From Longimicrobiales bacterium (GTDB lineage Bacteria; Gemmatimonadota; Gemmatimonadetes; Longimicrobiales; Gaopeijiaceae), in the NCBI GenBank assembly GCA_965219445.1, contig CBDCNQ010000001.1, positions 128,001-192,000 of the forward strand: 64,000 nt of DNA. Reading direction: 5' to 3'. Numbering within the stretch: the stretch's first letter is position 1; each line of letters begins with the position of its first letter. Below the pieces are notes generated by a model. The model ran no database searches and was not told the DNA's origin. It saw only the letters and a list, made by a program, of their open reading frames with translations. Shown piece after piece: positions 62,742-64,000 of this stretch. Position numbers and translations under genes: made by a program.

Positions 62742-63877
62742 GTGTAGTGTAGCAGAAATCTTATGCCTAATAGATACATGCGGTAGATTCCTCGCATGGG
62801 ACTTCCAGTGCGTAGGATTCGGTTGCGCCGAGGAGAACGCAGGCGCTTGGAGCGATTGGTGAACAAACGGACCACACCGCAACGCGTGGTCGAAAGGGCC
62901 AACATCGTTCTCTGCTCTGCCGAGGGACGGTCGTGGTCGGCGATCTGCCGGGAGGTGTGGGCGTATCGAGGCCGACGGTCACGCAGTGGCTCGACCGGTA
63001 CGAGGCAGGTGGCGTTGAAGAGCTGCTCGAGGACCGACCACGCTCGGGTCGACCCCGCAAGATCACTCGGGACGACGAAGCGGAGATCGTCCGCAAGACC
63101 CTCGAGGAGAAGCACGCAGACGCCACGCACTGGAGTTGCCGTCTCATGGCCAAGGAAGTGGGCGTCCATCCGACCACCATCTCGCGGATCTGGCGGGCTC
63201 ATGGACTACAGCCCCACCGCATCGAGTACTTCAAGCTGTCCACTGATCCTCACTTCGTTGAAAAGTTGCGCGACGTGGTGGGTCTCTACGTCGATCCCCC
63301 GGAGCGGGCCGTTGTCTTCGCTTTCGACGAGAAGAGCCAGATCCAAGCCCTCGACCGCACCCAGCCAGGTCTTCCCCTCAAGAAGGGGCGCGCTGGAACC
63401 ATGACCCATGACTACAAACGTCACGGCACGACGACACTCTTTGCTGCCCTCGACGTAGCCACCGGGGAGGTCGTCCACGAGTGCTTGCCGCGCCACCGGC
63501 ATCAGGAGTTTCTGCGGTTCCTCCGCAAGATCGAGCGCAGCGTGGCTTCCGAACTCGACATCCACGTGATTCTCGACAACTACGCCACCCACAAGCATCC
63601 GGCCGTCAGGGCGTGGCTCGACAAACACCCTCGGGTCCACTTCCACTTCATTCCCACTTCATCCTCTTGGCTCAATCTCGTCGAGCGCTTCTTCAGCGAA
63701 CTCACGACTCGTCAGCTCAAGCGCCTCGCCGTCACCAGCGTGGACCAACTAATCGAGGCGATCAACCACTACATCGATCGCAGAAACGATAACCCCACAC
63801 CCTTTGTCTGGACCGCCTCTGCACAATCCATCATCGCCAAGGTCAGCAAAGCGAAAGAGACTTTGGCTACACAGCAC
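62742..63877 (+). mobile_element. IS630-family element with TA target duplication in a CTAG site
   Basis: Ends CTAGTGTAGTGTAGCAGAAATCT / AGACTTTGGCTACACAGCACTAG; removal restores the host reading frame. Confidence 0.93.
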
Positions 63878-63880
63878 TAG
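62796..63880 (+). pseudogene. IS630 transposase, frameshifted near 62955
   Basis: HTH N-terminus in one frame; DEKSQIQALDR, HDYKRHGTTTLFAA, LDNYATHK, SWLNLVERFF in another. Confidence 0.88.
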
Positions 63881-64000
63881 GTGGCGCCGCCGACGTAGCC
63901 GAAGACGAGGGACTGTGGCTGCATGTCGATGCGGCGTATGGCGGTTTCTTCATGCTTACGGAGCGAGGGCGGGAGGCCATGCGAGGCATCGAGCGGGCTG
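63880..64000 (+). pseudogene. PLP-dependent decarboxylase, 3' part (runs off window)
   Basis: [24 protein letters not shown]...GIERA. Confidence 0.9.

Overview
GC-rich bacterial chromosome window. The gene order and the 'RLNAALEGRYAIERELGEGGMATVYLA' kinase family suggest Gemmatimonadota (inference). About two thirds is core housekeeping DNA: ruvX-mltG-thiE, a complete atp operon, dnaK, a DegP-like protease, tRNA-Leu-tig-clpP-clpX-lon-engB, gcvT-mog-sigma54 activator, hslVU, topA-trmFO-xerC, aroC-aroK and pilOPQ. Two accessory zones interrupt normally contiguous operons. (1) About 11 kb (33.7-44.85 kb) lies between xerC and hslV. It carries mostly co-oriented cargo, truncated kinases, a duplicated promoter/RBS module, an orphan tRNA-Arg 3' half, a 33-bp direct repeat pair and a pyruvate kinase split by an intact IS. 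(2) From about 57.44 kb a palindrome-rich, AT-rich junction cuts a pilN-like gene. It is followed by small membrane genes, G-rich inverted repeats, a truncated IS3, several gene scraps and an IS630 inside a PLP-dependent decarboxylase. Other candidates are a 6S-like RNA between dnaK and degP, a sigma54-type promoter on a ~900-aa lipoprotein behind pilQ, a gamma-carbonic-anhydrase/Zn-finger fusion and a pseudoknot-like leader. No CRISPR array was seen. All calls come from reading the sequence by eye; no database searches were run.
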